Assembly: GCA_964016885.1 (NCBI GenBank)
Contig: OZ024740.1
Coordinates: 305,226,001 to 305,290,000, forward strand
Direction: 5' to 3'
Length of the DNA: 64,000 bases
Source: Eledone cirrhosa
Lineage: Eukaryota
A program made the position numbers and the translations under genes. Below, piece after piece: positions 1-12,529 of the stretch (position 1 is the stretch's first letter; each line of letters opens with the position of its first letter). The notes below the pieces were generated by a model. The model made no database searches. It was not told the origin of the DNA and saw only the letters and a program-made list of their open reading frames with translations.

Positions 1-91
1 AACTTTAAAATGGGTGGTTATATTTCATAGAACCTGAGCCTGTTTTGGCTGGGTTGGCTATAAAAGGTTTGAGATAGTTTATTTGTTAGAG

Positions 92-240
92 CAGGCATGG
101 CTGTGTAGTTAAAGAGTTCCCTTCACCATCACTTGGCTTCAGGTTCAGCCCTACTGTGTGGCACCTGGTGCAAGTATCTTTTACTATAACGTTGGGTTAA
201 CCAATGTCTTGTAAATGAAATTTGGTAGGGGAATTCTGTT
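92..240 (+). mobile_element. Decayed tRNA-derived SINE head/body
   Basis: ggcatggctgtgtagttaaag (A-box-like) and ggttcagccc (B-box-like). Related copies at ~51880-52000 (+) and ~53050-53190 (-). Confidence 0.55.
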
Positions 241-384
241 TTTTCCTTGCTAGCAAAGGTTGAAGAGGTTATTCCAGTTCAAGACTAGATGGGTTGAAGG
301 GACATCATCTTGCTCATACATTCCAAATGTTCCTTGTGTTAATTTAAATTACCTAATCAGTAACTGTTATTCCCTTAATTGGTC

Positions 385-562
385 ATATGAAGAAGTTGCT
401 CCAGTATACTCAGCTGAAAATGAGTACCAGCAATAGCTGGGGGTTTGACCCTGTGATGGACTGGCATCCTGTCTAGGGAGAGTCTTGTACTCTCAGTTGC
501 TTCATGCCATGAAACCAGGATAAGCACCAGCCTAACGAGCCTTCTGGCTTGAGACAGACAGT
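385..562 (+). mobile_element. SINE fragment with a conserved central domain (Meta/V-SINE-like)
   Basis: accctgtgatggactggcatcctgtctaggg...gttgcttcatgccatgaaaccaggataagc resembles, from memory, the conserved domain of widespread metazoan SINEs. Confidence 0.5.
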
Positions 563-1479
563 TAATATTACAAATTTTCACAAGTAAAGATACTATAAAC
601 ATTTGAAGTAAGAAACCTATTTTTAGATATTTTTTTACTAAATTAAAACAGAATGTTAAGAGTTAAATTCCAAACACAGGAGCATGATTTATGTAGTTGA
701 CAGTGTAGTGAATTTCTCCTGAAAAATAAGGGTGAACTACATATTGTGCATGCTGCTTTACTTGACATTGACTTAATTAGTTAATTCTCAAACAATCAGA
801 GATTAATCTGTTACTATATCAAGGTGTACAACATTACTTACACCCTTACTACACCCCTGATTGTATACATATGCTGCTGCACACAGAAGACGACTTATTC
901 TACACTAGATGTTCTCAGAACTCAGTCTTTTTATTATGATGTATGTAACTATATGTGAGCTTATGTATGAGTGCATCTGCATATAATTGTACTTGCTTAT
1001 TTGTGAGCCTGCAGATAAGTGTGTTTACATACAAGTGAATCTTCATAGCAGAATGAGTCATGTTCTGTGTGCAACGACATATGTGTGTCTGCCAAGGCTG
1101 TCAGTGATTTAGTATATCTGTTGGTTTAGTAAACTGATTTATTCTGTTGACTACAATATTTATAGAAAGAGTGGTTCTTCATGCAGCATCGTGTGTAGAG
1201 CTCTGTTCAGTTGACAGTAATATGTGATCAGCCCACATTCTTTAGACTGACTTTAAGACAAGGTTCAGGTAATAACTGCTTTATTAACACAATCTGGCTT
1301 TCATTGCAGTATAATTTCGAAATCTTTAGAAGTTTCAAAACTAAAAAAAAAGGAATTCTAGCCTCAAAAATTGTGAACATGACCAAAACAACTAAAATAT
1401 TTATTACTGGTACTAGACAGAATGAAAAAACTGAAGACTGGCTTGTTAGAACAGCTTAAAATGAGTAAGGCCATTTTCC

Positions 1480-1850
1480 CTGCTAAAGCAAGAGTTGACC
1501 TTGCAGATCCCATAAGATTTGCCCTATCTTCTGCATCCACTCTCACTAATACCATGTCTTTCATTTCCTCCTCTATCAACTTTATCCATGTTTTTCTTGG
1601 TCTTCTTCTTCCTTCCTCATTTATTTCCATCACACTTTTCTCACCCTGTCATTTTTATCATTCCTTAACATGACCCAACCATCTTATCCCATTTTTCTTC
1701 TCAACATTCATTGCTGACTCTATTCCCATCATCCTCTGCAATTCATTGTTTATTTTTCTCTTTCTCTTTCTAAGCAATAATCCACTTATCCATCGAACCA
1801 CTTTCATTTTTGTTCTTTCCTGCCTTCTCGGTCATCACCCATAAATCATG
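1480..1850 (-). mobile_element. RTE LINE C-terminal fragment
   Basis: Minus-strand translation EGRRRPRKTWIKLIEEEMKDM...DAEDR, the typical RTE C-terminal motif. Confidence 0.7.
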
Positions 1851-3031
1851 ACCCTTTTTACACATAGGGTATATAAAAATACATGGAAATGTACTGCTAT
1901 GTAGGTTTGTCCAACTGAAGTTAGTATTTAAAAGGAGATGTTAATCTGTTGATAACCTTCACTATAAGTATTGTCTGAATACATGAGTGCCAGTTCTTTT
2001 TCTGTCTTATTTTTTACTCACTTTGCTTTTTCATATTAGCTAACATAGATTTGTAATGTTTCACAATATTTCAGTTTTAAAATATCTTTAGGATATGTCT
2101 ACTGATCTAGTTCTGTTTTACTTTTCAATAAGATCACAGTGGTGGTGGAAAAGGAAGCAGCAAGAATGCTGAAACAATACAATTGTCATCAACAGATAAT
2201 TTTATTTAAGAAAAAAAAAAGTAATGCCAGATTAATTTATCTTACTTTATAAATACAAATTTGATTTCTAGATTCTACAACGATGGTGATATAATAGTGA
2301 TAATATGTAGCAAGCTGTTATCAGCTTCTCTCTATTTAATGTATCATTTGTAGGATTTCTATTGATTTTCATAGAAACACTTCCACATGAAGGTAAACTG
2401 GCGCCGTTGTTCTCATCCTCTTTCAGAATTGATTCAGCTTCTATTTAACTGCAATCATCATCTAAGCTCAACAATGGCGTAGTATTGTTAGCATCTCTTG
2501 CAGCATTCATACTGCATTAACTGTCTTATTACTCAATATATATTTCTACGAGGAGTTTCCTCTGTTTGTTGCTTTATTTATTTATTATTATTTTTTTGTT
2601 TATCTCATTGAAAATTCTACATTCCTTTCTATTGTTATATAGGAGCATAGACATAAATATCTAAGACATAAAAGAATTTGTCCCACATAACAGGTCAGCA
2701 ATAGATTATAGATATATTGGATGGCATGAGATAAATATCTACCCTTTGAAATTGTTGAGTTAACAGGTAAATCCTAGATGACTTGATTGTGGTGAGGTAA
2801 CTCTGCGTATGTAAGACAGTTAATTTGAGGAAAAAACCAATCAAATCTTTATAGTCTAATAATTAACTTGGCAGATGTCTTTTCATTCTCATTTAGATTT
2901 TTCTTTATTTTATCCATTTTGATATCAACACACCTAAAACCACCCCACTTCTATGATGGCAAATCTCTTGTTTTAAAGTATTTATATTTAAATTAAAAGA
3001 ATATTATTGTGAAAGAATATTTTTGCTGAGC

Positions 3032-3349
3032 TACTCTCGGGTCGTGAATAATCATCGTCTTCCCCTACCTGCATATTAAATTTTGCTAATCTATCTCTGG
3101 CAAAATTTTATTTTAAGTGGTAGCATTCCTGCAACAAATCATTTTCTTTAGACATTAAAAGACATACACAACAAAAAAGTAAATTACTAGAAATCCAAAG
3201 GTTATAAGATAAATAGGATGGGTTGGAGTCTCAGTATGTAAACTAAACAACTAATTCTGTTTTTTTTGTTTTTTTAAATCAAAAAAATTATCGATTTTCC
3301 AACTTCCTTGCTTATCCCCCCCTCCCCCATTATTTTGGACCCAAGGGTA
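3032..3349. mobile_element. MITE with TA-flanked terminal inverted repeats (copy 1)
   Basis: Ends tactctcgggtc / gacccaagggta. Internal sequence is shared with 9469-9818. Confidence 0.7.
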
Positions 3350-3589
3350 TGTACTAAACTCTTTGAAAATTAATTGAAAAACATAAGTGGTATATTTCAT
3401 TTGAAATAGGGTAATGAAAGAGTTAAATTATAGTGTGGTTACTCATATAGATTTGTATTTTTTTACTTAAAGAAATCTTGAGTATTTCTAATGATTATCT
3501 CACTAATCTGTTGAACTTGTGCAACAATTAGTGAATCACTTCAATGTCTAGAAGCATGCCAAATGACTGAATCTCACACAAGTTCAGCT

Positions 3590-3890
3590 CTCAATGACCT
3601 CAGATGCTGTAAGGACATCATCCTAAAACTAGCTGACAGGGGTTGAGCTGTGGTAGTATGGTTCACCAACCTCTTCATGAGAGCTTTACAACTTAGCCTC
3701 TGACACTTACCCACACCCTACAACCAACAGTTGTTTCCTCCACCATCTATCAACTTGTCTCTCCTTCACTCCTATCCACCACAGCTACCAACCTCATCCT
3801 TCATACATGTACCATCTATTTCCTCCCACAAATTCAACAGCCCTGGCTGCCCAGTTGTTTCTACCTGCAATTGTCCCACTGAACAACCTC
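3590..3890 (+). mobile_element. Penelope-like (Neptune-type) RT fragment, decayed
   Basis: DIILKLADRG*AVVVW (cf. KPADKGGAVVVW) and PGCPVVSTCNCPTE (cf. PGRPIVSACSCPTE). Confidence 0.7.
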
Positions 3891-4182
3891 ATCTTCTCAC
3901 CCCTTCACCTTTCCCTCCATTCCCACATGTCAACCTCATCTGTTCACTCCTTCCCTCCATTCCCACATGTCAACCTCATCTACTCACCCATTCCCTCATT
4001 CCCACATGTTAACCTCATCTTCTCACTCCTTCACTCCATTCCCACATGTCAACCTCATCTTCTCACTCCTTCACCCCTTCCTTCCATTCCCTCTACTCAA
4101 CCTCATCTTCTCACTCCTTCACCCCTTCCTTCCATTCCCTCTACTCAACCTCATCTTCTCACCCCTTCCCTCCATTCTCACA
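3885..4182 (+). repeat. Pyrimidine-rich minisatellite, ~40-47 bp unit
   Basis: Repeated caacctcatcttctcactccttc...ccattccc units, about 7 copies. Confidence 0.85.
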
Positions 4183-4399
4183 TATAGGAGCAGATAACAG
4201 AAAAGAAATAGGATGGCTGAGCAGACACATAAACAAAAAGAATTCCTGGCATTATCCAGGCAGAAATGGAGCTTTAAATGGACCAGAATTGTTGTTAATG
4301 AAGTCATGTTTGGTTGTCCTTCCTATCACCAACCACCTTACAGGGTGTACTGGCTACATTTTTCGTGGCACTCAGCACTAGAGAGGTTGTTGTCATTAC

Positions 4400-5690
4400 T
4401 TTAGCATCTGCTCAACCATTTCTGACATGGTATCTATGGGTGAAAGCCCTTCCAACACCAACCATTTTACAGAGTGTATTGGGTGCATTTTATGATAGCA
4501 CCAGGGGGGTTGTCAGTCAACTATATAATGGGGATGGTGGAATAGGATGCATGAGATAAGGTTAAGTATATCATGGGCAACAATATGTGGGAAGAGGGAA
4601 GAATGATGTCGGGTGTGTATGACGGGTGTGGTAGGGTTCATGGAGTTGTGTGAGGGAGAAAAGGGGTGGGAAAATATTTCATGGGTGTATGAATTTGACA
4701 GGATGATGAGAGAGAGGGGGTGATATCAGATAGACTAGAGGTAGGATGTACAGTGATGGTGAGAATTATTAAGGAGTGGAAGTGGGGTGGAGGGGTGAAT
4801 AGATCATATCACATTTTTTTATACTGGTAGGCATCTTCTCCAGTGCTGCATGTCGCCAGTCCTTATTCTGTGTCATTTATGTAATCAGACTCAATTTCCT
4901 AATGTTGGTCTTAACTATTTTATCCCATGTCTTCTGCATTCTACCTCTTCCATGCCTCCTATCCACTAAGATTTCTCTGCACTTTATGCAGCAGTCATTT
5001 TCCATATGCATTACATGTCCATATAGTCTTCTCTCTTGCACACTACATCCAATTCCTCTTATGCCAAGTTTTTCTCTTCTCGTAGCTCATTTATGCTGTC
5101 ATTCATGCACGCTAACATTACACATCCACTGTAGCATACTCGATTCATTTCTATCTAGCTTTTGCAAGTCTTCTGCAGTTAAGGCTCATGTTTCATTTCC
5201 ATATAGCATTATAGTTTGCATGCCAGCATCATTCAATCTACCCTTCCTTCTGAGAGTGAAGCCCTTTGTTGTCAGTAGAGGTACTATCTCCTTAAACTTC
5301 TTACAGTCCAGTCTTATTCTGGTTGCCACACTTTCTGTGCATCTGCAGCATACAAAGTCCACTTTCATTAACCTTCCAGTAATCCCACTACATCTCTTGT
5401 GCATCCATAGTTTACACTGTGTGTACTGTATGGAATTTCTGCCCACAAGCCACTTTCCTGGTGGTATCTAGTTCCTGTCTTCTTTCCTATTTATCAGGAA
5501 TTTAGTCTTCATCAAGTTTAGTTCTAGGCCTTTCAATTCCAGATTTTTCTTCCATATCTATAATTTTTTCTCTAGCTCTTCTATAGGTTCAGCTATGAGG
5601 AGATTATCAACCTGTTGTTGCTCCCATGGAGTGTCAGTGTTAAACTCCTTTATTTTGTCCTGAAGGACAATGAGAAACACAAGTGAACTG
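4400..5690 (-). mobile_element. Old RTE LINE 3' portion (RT end, PHD-like insert, C-terminus, 3'UTR)
   Basis: GRNSIQYTQCKLWMHKRCSGITGRLMKVDFVCCRC...KGRLNDAGMQTIMLYGNET, homologous to 33441-35638. Confidence 0.85.
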
Positions 5691-7148
5691 AGTATAGTTC
5701 TATATTATAATAGAAACATAATGAAATTATGGTTATAAAAAATTATATTAATTAGAAATGTCAATTTGTTCACACCCTTTTCCATTCTAACAGTGCCACT
5801 ACCACCACATGACCTAAGAAACTACAGTCAACATGACATTATTGCTGACTGGCAGTCACCCAACTTTATCACTCTGTGTTGCACCCTATGTCATTTTTAA
5901 TGGATTACTGTTAGACATCTACTACAATACACACCTTATTTTCTTTCTGTTACTGCATATGTGATTAGTTAGGTGGGTTTTGTCAACATTGACTACTGAT
6001 GAAAGAAAACTATTTAGGTTAAACAAATCATATAATAGTTTCATGAAGATAACACAATTAACATTTCTCTTCATGAAAAACTATTTAGTTTTAATTTACT
6101 TGATTGTAAATTAAGTATTTTAGATATTGTTAGTGTTTTTTAATCAAGAGGACTTGTGAAAACAACTCCAAGATACTTGTACTTCTCCAGCTGCTTCTGT
6201 GTAACTTCACTCACATGCAGAGTACACGACACGGGCTTTCTTGTAAAGCCTCCCGAGACCAAGAAAATGTATAGGAAGCTAGTTAAATCTACAAAGTGTA
6301 AACAGGAATATCTCTCGTTCTCTCTCTCAAAGAGAGAGAAACTAAATGCATGGCCCCAGTTCCAACAGCCTCTTCAATGCTGTTCTGTCATTTCAACATT
6401 TACTTATCACTAGGCATTATAGTAAAATAAGAAAAAAAGTCTAGCAACAAAGGAGATACAATAGAGATGTTTATTCAAGGTATCTTAATGACTTTTCTTT
6501 AATGGGGGCTTAAGGAAAAAGAAAATACTCCTTTCTCCCTGCCTTCCATATTGACATGTTCACTGACATGGCCATCAGATAAGTTTAACTTGAACCAGGG
6601 ATTACTACATTACTTCTTACTTTGAAGTATATATGAAATTCAGTAACAGTAGGTCACCACCAGACACTACTTTATGTACAAAAAATAGATGGGCTAGTAT
6701 GGAAACCTCTGTATGGTCACTCAGTCAGCTGGAGAATGCAGCCAAATGTTTCATAATTCACATCTATCTAAAACAGAAGAGAACACGATGAACAATGCAG
6801 TCTCTCATTATGTAAAAAGATGAAATGGTCAGAACTGATCAAACTTCTTAAATCACAGCTTACCATCTTAAGAAGAAGCGACAGTCCTATACATATACCT
6901 AAAAATACAAGGTGATCACAGCTGGAGTGATTTTTATCGTGGGTCTGCTTGAATGGGGATGTCCTCCCATATCTGTCACAGATTCTGGTTTTGTTCCTCT
7001 GACTAAACCATTAAAAAATAGGAACATTGTATTTTTAAAATATTGTCACTTCACTTTTCTATATTTGTATAGGTTTAGATATTTTCCTATTGATTCAATT
7101 GATGCTAAATGTAAATATTTTCACTGTTAATTTTATTTATTTTTTTAG

Positions 7149-7325
7149 TTGATGCTGATGAAATCAAAAGATTGGGGAAAAGATTTCGAAAGTTGGATTT
7201 GGATAACTCTGGTTCATTGAGTATTGATGAATTTATGTCTCTGCCAGAGTTACAACAGAATCCTTTAGTTCAAAGAGTAATAGATATATTTGACACAGAT
7301 GGCAATGGAGAAGTAGATTTCAAAG
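7149..7325 (+). CDS. PPP3R1: Calcineurin B regulatory subunit, internal coding exon (EF-hands 1-2)
   Basis: ttttttag|TT GAT GCT GAT... reads (F)[58 protein letters not shown], ending G|gtgag. 177 nt; near-identical to metazoan calcineurin B. Confidence 0.97.
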
Positions 7326-7405
7326 GTGAGCATTTGAAAATAGTTTTTAATTAACATACAGATTGTCTTTTAACCGTTTCATCATCAAAGCAAGTGGTTG
7401 TCTGT

Positions 7406-8358
7406 TGGGACGAGGTAATAAAAGCTGACCTTGCACAATTACACCTCTCAAAGGCAATGGTACAGGACCCCGACCTCTGGCGCTATGCAGTTTTACAGAA
7501 GACCCGCCCTCTATTATTCTCAAGCTGAGGCTTACACCTAGTCGGCAACACCTTCCTCAACCTTCTCTCTTCTCATTCACATCCCTTAGCAGTAACCATA
7601 CCTCCCTTACTACCCACAATTTCCCCAAACTTCCTCCCCCCTCCCTAGTCCCAAGACAAAAGTGCCCAGGCCCCACTATAAAGTGGTCGTGTCGGTGACA
7701 TAACAAAGGTGCCCAATCCACACTGTAAGGTGGGTGTGTCGGTGTTACGAAAAAGTGTCCAGTCCACACTGTAAAGGGGTCGTGTGGGTGGCACAATAAA
7801 AAGTGCCCAGTCTACACTGTAAAGGGGTCGTGTGGGTGTCACAATAAAAAGTGCCCAGTCTACACTGTAAAGGGGTCGTGTGGGTGTCACAATAAAAAGT
7901 GCCCAGTCTACACTGTAAAGGGGTCGTGTGGGTGTCACGATAAAAAGTGCCCAGTCTACACTGTAAAGGGGTCGTGTGGGTGTCACAATAAAAAGTGTCC
8001 AGTCCACACTGTAAAGGGGTCGTGTGGGTGTCACGATAAAAAGTGCCCAGTCTACACTGTAAAGGGGTCGTGTGGGTGTCACAATAAAAAGTGCCCAGTC
8101 TACACTGTAAAGGGGTCATGTAGGTGTCACGACTAAAAGTGCCCAGTCCATACTATAATGTGGTCATGTAGGTGTCATGACAATAAGCACCCACCACATA
8201 CTGTAAATGTGGTTGGTGGTAGGAAGGGCACCCAGCTGTAGAAACCAAGCCAAAATCTGCAAGGGTGAGCTAAATATGGTCCTCTGACCTGTTTTTTCCC
8301 TAAGGGTCATTCCGTCCTACCCATGAATGATGAACGTTAAACGACTAGGTTGATGATA
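7406..8358 (+). mobile_element. 5'-truncated RTE LINE (C-terminus plus 3'UTR) in a calcineurin B intron
   Basis: WDEVIKADLAQLHLSKAMVQDPDLWRYAVLQKTR, then a 3'UTR with gtggttggtggtaggaagggcacccagctgtagaaa and a tgatga tail. Confidence 0.85.
7665..8205 (+). repeat. 48-bp minisatellite within the RTE 3'UTR
   Basis: Unit agtctacactgtaaaggggtcgtgtgggtgtcacaataaaaagtgccc; about 7 near-identical copies plus degenerate flanking copies. Confidence 0.95.
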
Positions 8359-8454
8359 TATATATGTGAGCATATGCATATGTATATGCGCGCAAATATA
8401 TATATATGTATATCATTATCATGATACATGCATGTATGTGTATATATATATTAT

Positions 8455-9270
8455 GCTGGTACCACAAAACATCCAGCCCTCACTATAAAGTGATTGTGTA
8501 GGTGTCATTACAAAAAGTACCCAACCAACACTGTAAAGTAGACACGTAAAAGACACTGCAAAAAGCACCCAGCACACACAGCCAATGTGGTTGGCATTAG
8601 GAAGGGCATCCAGCCGTAGAAAACCAGCCAGAAACACTTCTATGTGAGCAAGACACGGTCATCCGACACAACTTGCCTCTAAATGAGAGAAACCCGTCTA
8701 ACACACACTAGTGTGGAAGATAGACGTTGATCGATGATGATATAGTTATATATATGTATATATCCCACACTGTAAAGTGGTTGTGTATGTGTCACTGTAA
8801 GGGTACAGATGTGTGCGGTATGCTCAGCCACTTGCACATTCGTTTTGTTGATAGAATAACGAGCAATCATCAAAACTAATAGAGGTCCATTCTGAAATGC
8901 TGCTTCTAGGAGAGTATTTTTAGAGTTGTTATTTACTGTTTAAATATTGCTGTTTCTATAATTTTTTTAATTTCCCTATCCTTTTTGCCCAGTCCACACT
9001 GTAATAAAGTGGTCATGTAAGTATCATGACACAAAGCGCCCAAGCCACACTGTAAAGTGATCATGTAGGTGACACGACAAAAAGCACCAAGTCCATACAC
9101 TGTCGCAACAAAAAGCATCCAGTACTATCTGTAAATGAGGTTGGCATTAAGAAGGGCATCCAGCTGTAGAAACCAAGCCAGAATAAGTTCTGTATGAGCA
9201 AAACATGGTCACCTGACCTGGCATTGCTTACAACAGGACAACTCGTCTAACCCATGATAGCTGTGATTAC
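8455..9270 (+). mobile_element. Two further RTE/SINE 3'-tail fragments
   Basis: ggttggcattaggaagggcatccagc(c/t)gtagaaa motif at ~8590 and ~9140, plus relics of the 48-bp unit. Confidence 0.7.
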
Positions 9271-9468
9271 AAAAGATATTGGTGATTGTGAAACACTGCT
9301 TCTCTTGGACTTTCAGAGACTTTTAGACCTGAAAGTATTTTACAGTTGTAAAATGATGTCCATGCTAGAAGAGATGATACTACTAATGATAAATATTGCA
9401 CATCTTTTTACATAGTGAGGGTAACTGCCAAGGTAAACCACACACTGTGGCAGATCCAATTTTGTAAC

Positions 9469-9818
9469 TACTCTCGGGTCTCAAATAGTGTCCCCACTCC
9501 CCACCCACCCGGTTATTAATTTTTCAGATTTTTCCACCCCAACTCCCCTGCTTATTAAATTTTGTTAATCTATCTCTGGCGAAATTTTATTTTAAGGGTA
9601 ATATTCCTGCGACAATTAATTTTCTTCAGACATTAAATAACATTATACATGTCGAAAAAGAACATTACTAGAAATCCCATACGTTTTAAAATAAATAGGA
9701 TGGGTTGGGGGTCTCAATATGTAAACTAAATGACGAATTCTGGTTTTAAAAAATCAAGGGAGACAACCTAGAAAATTTATCGATTCCCTCCCTCCCCATT
9801 AATTGGGACCCATGAGTA
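9469..9818. mobile_element. MITE with TA-flanked TIRs (copy 2)
   Basis: Ends tactctcgggtctcaa / ttgggacccatgagta; homologous to 3032-3349. Confidence 0.75.
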
Positions 9819-10144
9819 GGCCTGTCTCTCCACTTATACAAATAGGATCTGAAATCACATGATCTGAGAGCATTCATACCTGAGGCATTGCTCAACACTA
9901 TGACAGAATATACTGGAGTACACACTCATTTCCACATGGGTATTGAGAGAATTAAAACTGCTCAGATCTACAATGAAAACATCACTTTAGTTAAGCAACA
10001 ATATAATGACATATTTTGGAAAAGATGGCAAATGGAGGTAATCAAAGTGATCAAACCGAAACTACACAAAAGAATTGTTCTCTGGTGTCTGTGATGTTAT
10101 GTAGGGTGTGGAACACATTTCCTATTTATTTGGTTACATTAGAA

Positions 10145-10773
10145 CAGTGATGGGAAACCTGCAGCCTTTTGAAAAAATAAAAAATTTCCAACAAATTTTT
10201 AATTTTTATTATGTTTTGTCTCTCTTATTTTAATTTAACCCTTTAGCATTTAAACCAGCCATATCTGGCCAGAATTCTCTCACCTCTTTCTGTTCAAACC
10301 AGCCATAACCATCTACTCATATTAATGTTAAGGAATTGTTCTCAAAATAAATAATATAAAATCTCATAGATTCAATATTATGTGATATAATTATGTGAGC
10401 TATAGCTTTTACTGCAAAAATACAATAGTAAATATAGAGTAATGTAAATGCTAAAGGGTTAAACATATTTTAAATACCAAAGAGTAAAAAAAAAATTCAA
10501 GTAAATAATCCACACTTGACAGTCAGAATTAAAAAATTAGTAGATCATAAGGGCCATTTTAGCACTTTCTATACTCATGTTTTAGTTCTAATGTGATTTT
10601 AGAATGTACATTAAATTCCCACTCATCTGGAGGCACTATCGCCTGAGGTAGGTTGGTTGGTGAGAACCCACAGGGATTTAGTACACCAGTCGTTAAGGCT
10701 TCTTGTATGCGGCCTTATTATATTATAAGTAACTTAATGCGGCCTTTCAACATGAAATGGTTCCCCACCTCTG
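10145..10773. mobile_element. hAT (Charlie-like) MITE
   Basis: TIRs cagtgatgggaaac / gttccccacctctg. Perfect 8-bp TSD cattagaa at 10137-10144 and 10774-10781. Confidence 0.9.
10239..10458 (+). mobile_element. piggyBac-type MITE (220 bp) nested in the hAT MITE
   Basis: TTAA|ccctttagcattta...taaatgctaaaggg|TTAA. Other copies at ~17160-17369, ~31460-31642 and 38451-38670. Confidence 0.9.
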
Positions 10774-12529
10774 CATTAGAAGCATGAATTCCTGAAAATG
10801 GAAAATCTATTGACATTAAACATATATATATAACAGATAATGAATTGTCATATTTGATTTATTACATTCTATCACTATCTTACCAGTCTCTTACTGATTA
10901 CAAATAGTTATGAACTGCCTGTAAACTGTTGCTGAAGTACATGTCATTATTTGCTTGTGTCATAACTAGGACTGGTTGTCAACACAATCAAGGCTGTCTG
11001 AAATGTCAATGTTTCAGATCTGAATTGAGTACTTTTTTAGAAAATAGTTCACATTTAGTTTATTAACGTAACAGGTGTTTTAAAGTTTAATTCAGATTCA
11101 ATAGAATGTTTTTCTATGTTATAGTTGATTGTGTGTATTGATTGATTGATTGATTGATTGATTGAGAGAGACATCCTGTAATGATTTAGAAAATATTTTT
11201 AAATGGTAATTCAAATGTTTATAGTACCTTTAATACTGGATATTTCTCCAGTGTTTAATGTGATGCAATCATATTACTGTTTTGTACTTTTCAAGAATGT
11301 CTTGTTAATGTTGCTTCATGTGGTACATGATATTAAGAGTTAAGTCACAATTTAGTGTAACGAAGGTAACAAGGAAGTGTTGGAGAGTATATTTCTAGAG
11401 TAATCAACTATCTATAAGTTCAAAAATTAACGCTGTGAATCCACAATGTGACAGAAAGAGATGACTCAGAAATAAAGCTCTTCATATTTCTATTTTACAC
11501 CAACCATATCTCGCCTATTGAAAACCATTTTTACGATGAAGACCTTCAAACATTCATTTTCTGTCCTCGCTGCCAACTTCTTTTCTTTTTTTCTCAGTCT
11601 TTCTTTCATCTCCTCTCCTTTTCTCCTCAATCTATTTTTTTTGTCATATATACAATGGTCAACCATATCTGTAGGGCTCAATAAATCTTTTCCAATAGAG
11701 AATTAAGTCAGTTTTTGTATTACTCTGTTAAATCCTACCTCACTTGTTATAGCTCATGTACCCATCCCACTCTATCCTTGATCATTCCTCATCCATTGTC
11801 ATCCTCAAATGGCCAAATACACGACATCCTTCTTATCCCTCAATGTCTTCATATTTGTCATTCTTCTTTTCCACCTCTTTTTCACTCCCTAATCAAGGCT
11901 ACCTTGGGACAAAGCACCCTTCCTATATAGTAGATAGGGCTTTTCAGTTGAGTCAATGACAATCAACATCCCTAGTGTTGGAGCCAGGGAGAAACAATGC
12001 ACCCATTACACTCTATAAAATGCTTGTTAAGAAGGGTATCCAACCATAGAAACCATACGAAAAAGGTTGAAAGGGCCCTTTAGTCATGTCATGCACACAA
12101 CACACTTTCTAGTACTGATGACATGAAAAATCCATCCAAACAGTAAAGTGTTTGGCATTAGGAAGGGCATCTTGCTGTAGAAAACTTGCCAAACAAAGGG
12201 TTGTCTGGATTCTTCAGTTGTGTCATCTCTGAATGAATATATTAGGTATATCAGTAGATTATTTCTTATAACACAATCTCATCTCTAAATGAATATATTA
12301 GGAATTTCTGTTTAGTTCTTAATACAGCAGTACTTCCTAAAATAACAACCACATATCACACACTGACAACCAATACTGATAGCTATAGCTTATTTATTTA
12401 AGAAAGAAAACATGCAGTCACTGTTCAGTTTGAAATGTTGTAGATGAATGTTTGTAATGAAAATATGTAAGTGCCATCCTGAGAAGTAGGGATTAGATAG
12501 TGTGTTTAGTATTGCTTAAGAAATAAAGA

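Noticed and set aside
3410-3433. ag|GGT AAT GAA as a candidate calcineurin B exon 2 (GNE...)
   Set aside because: An in-frame TAG follows after 7 codons, there is no match to the expected xxPxEMCSxF, and the sequence resembles a TTAA-MITE terminus. No exon 1 or 2 was found in the window.
4902-5471. 189-aa + strand ORF and other antisense ORFs over LINEs (e.g. 33705-34850, 46265-46936)
   Set aside because: They are shadow frames on the strand opposite the RTE coding sequence.
7665-8205. Regular repeats resembling a CRISPR array
   Set aside because: The units are contiguous with no unique spacers, the context is a eukaryotic intron, and the unit derives from the LINE 3'UTR.
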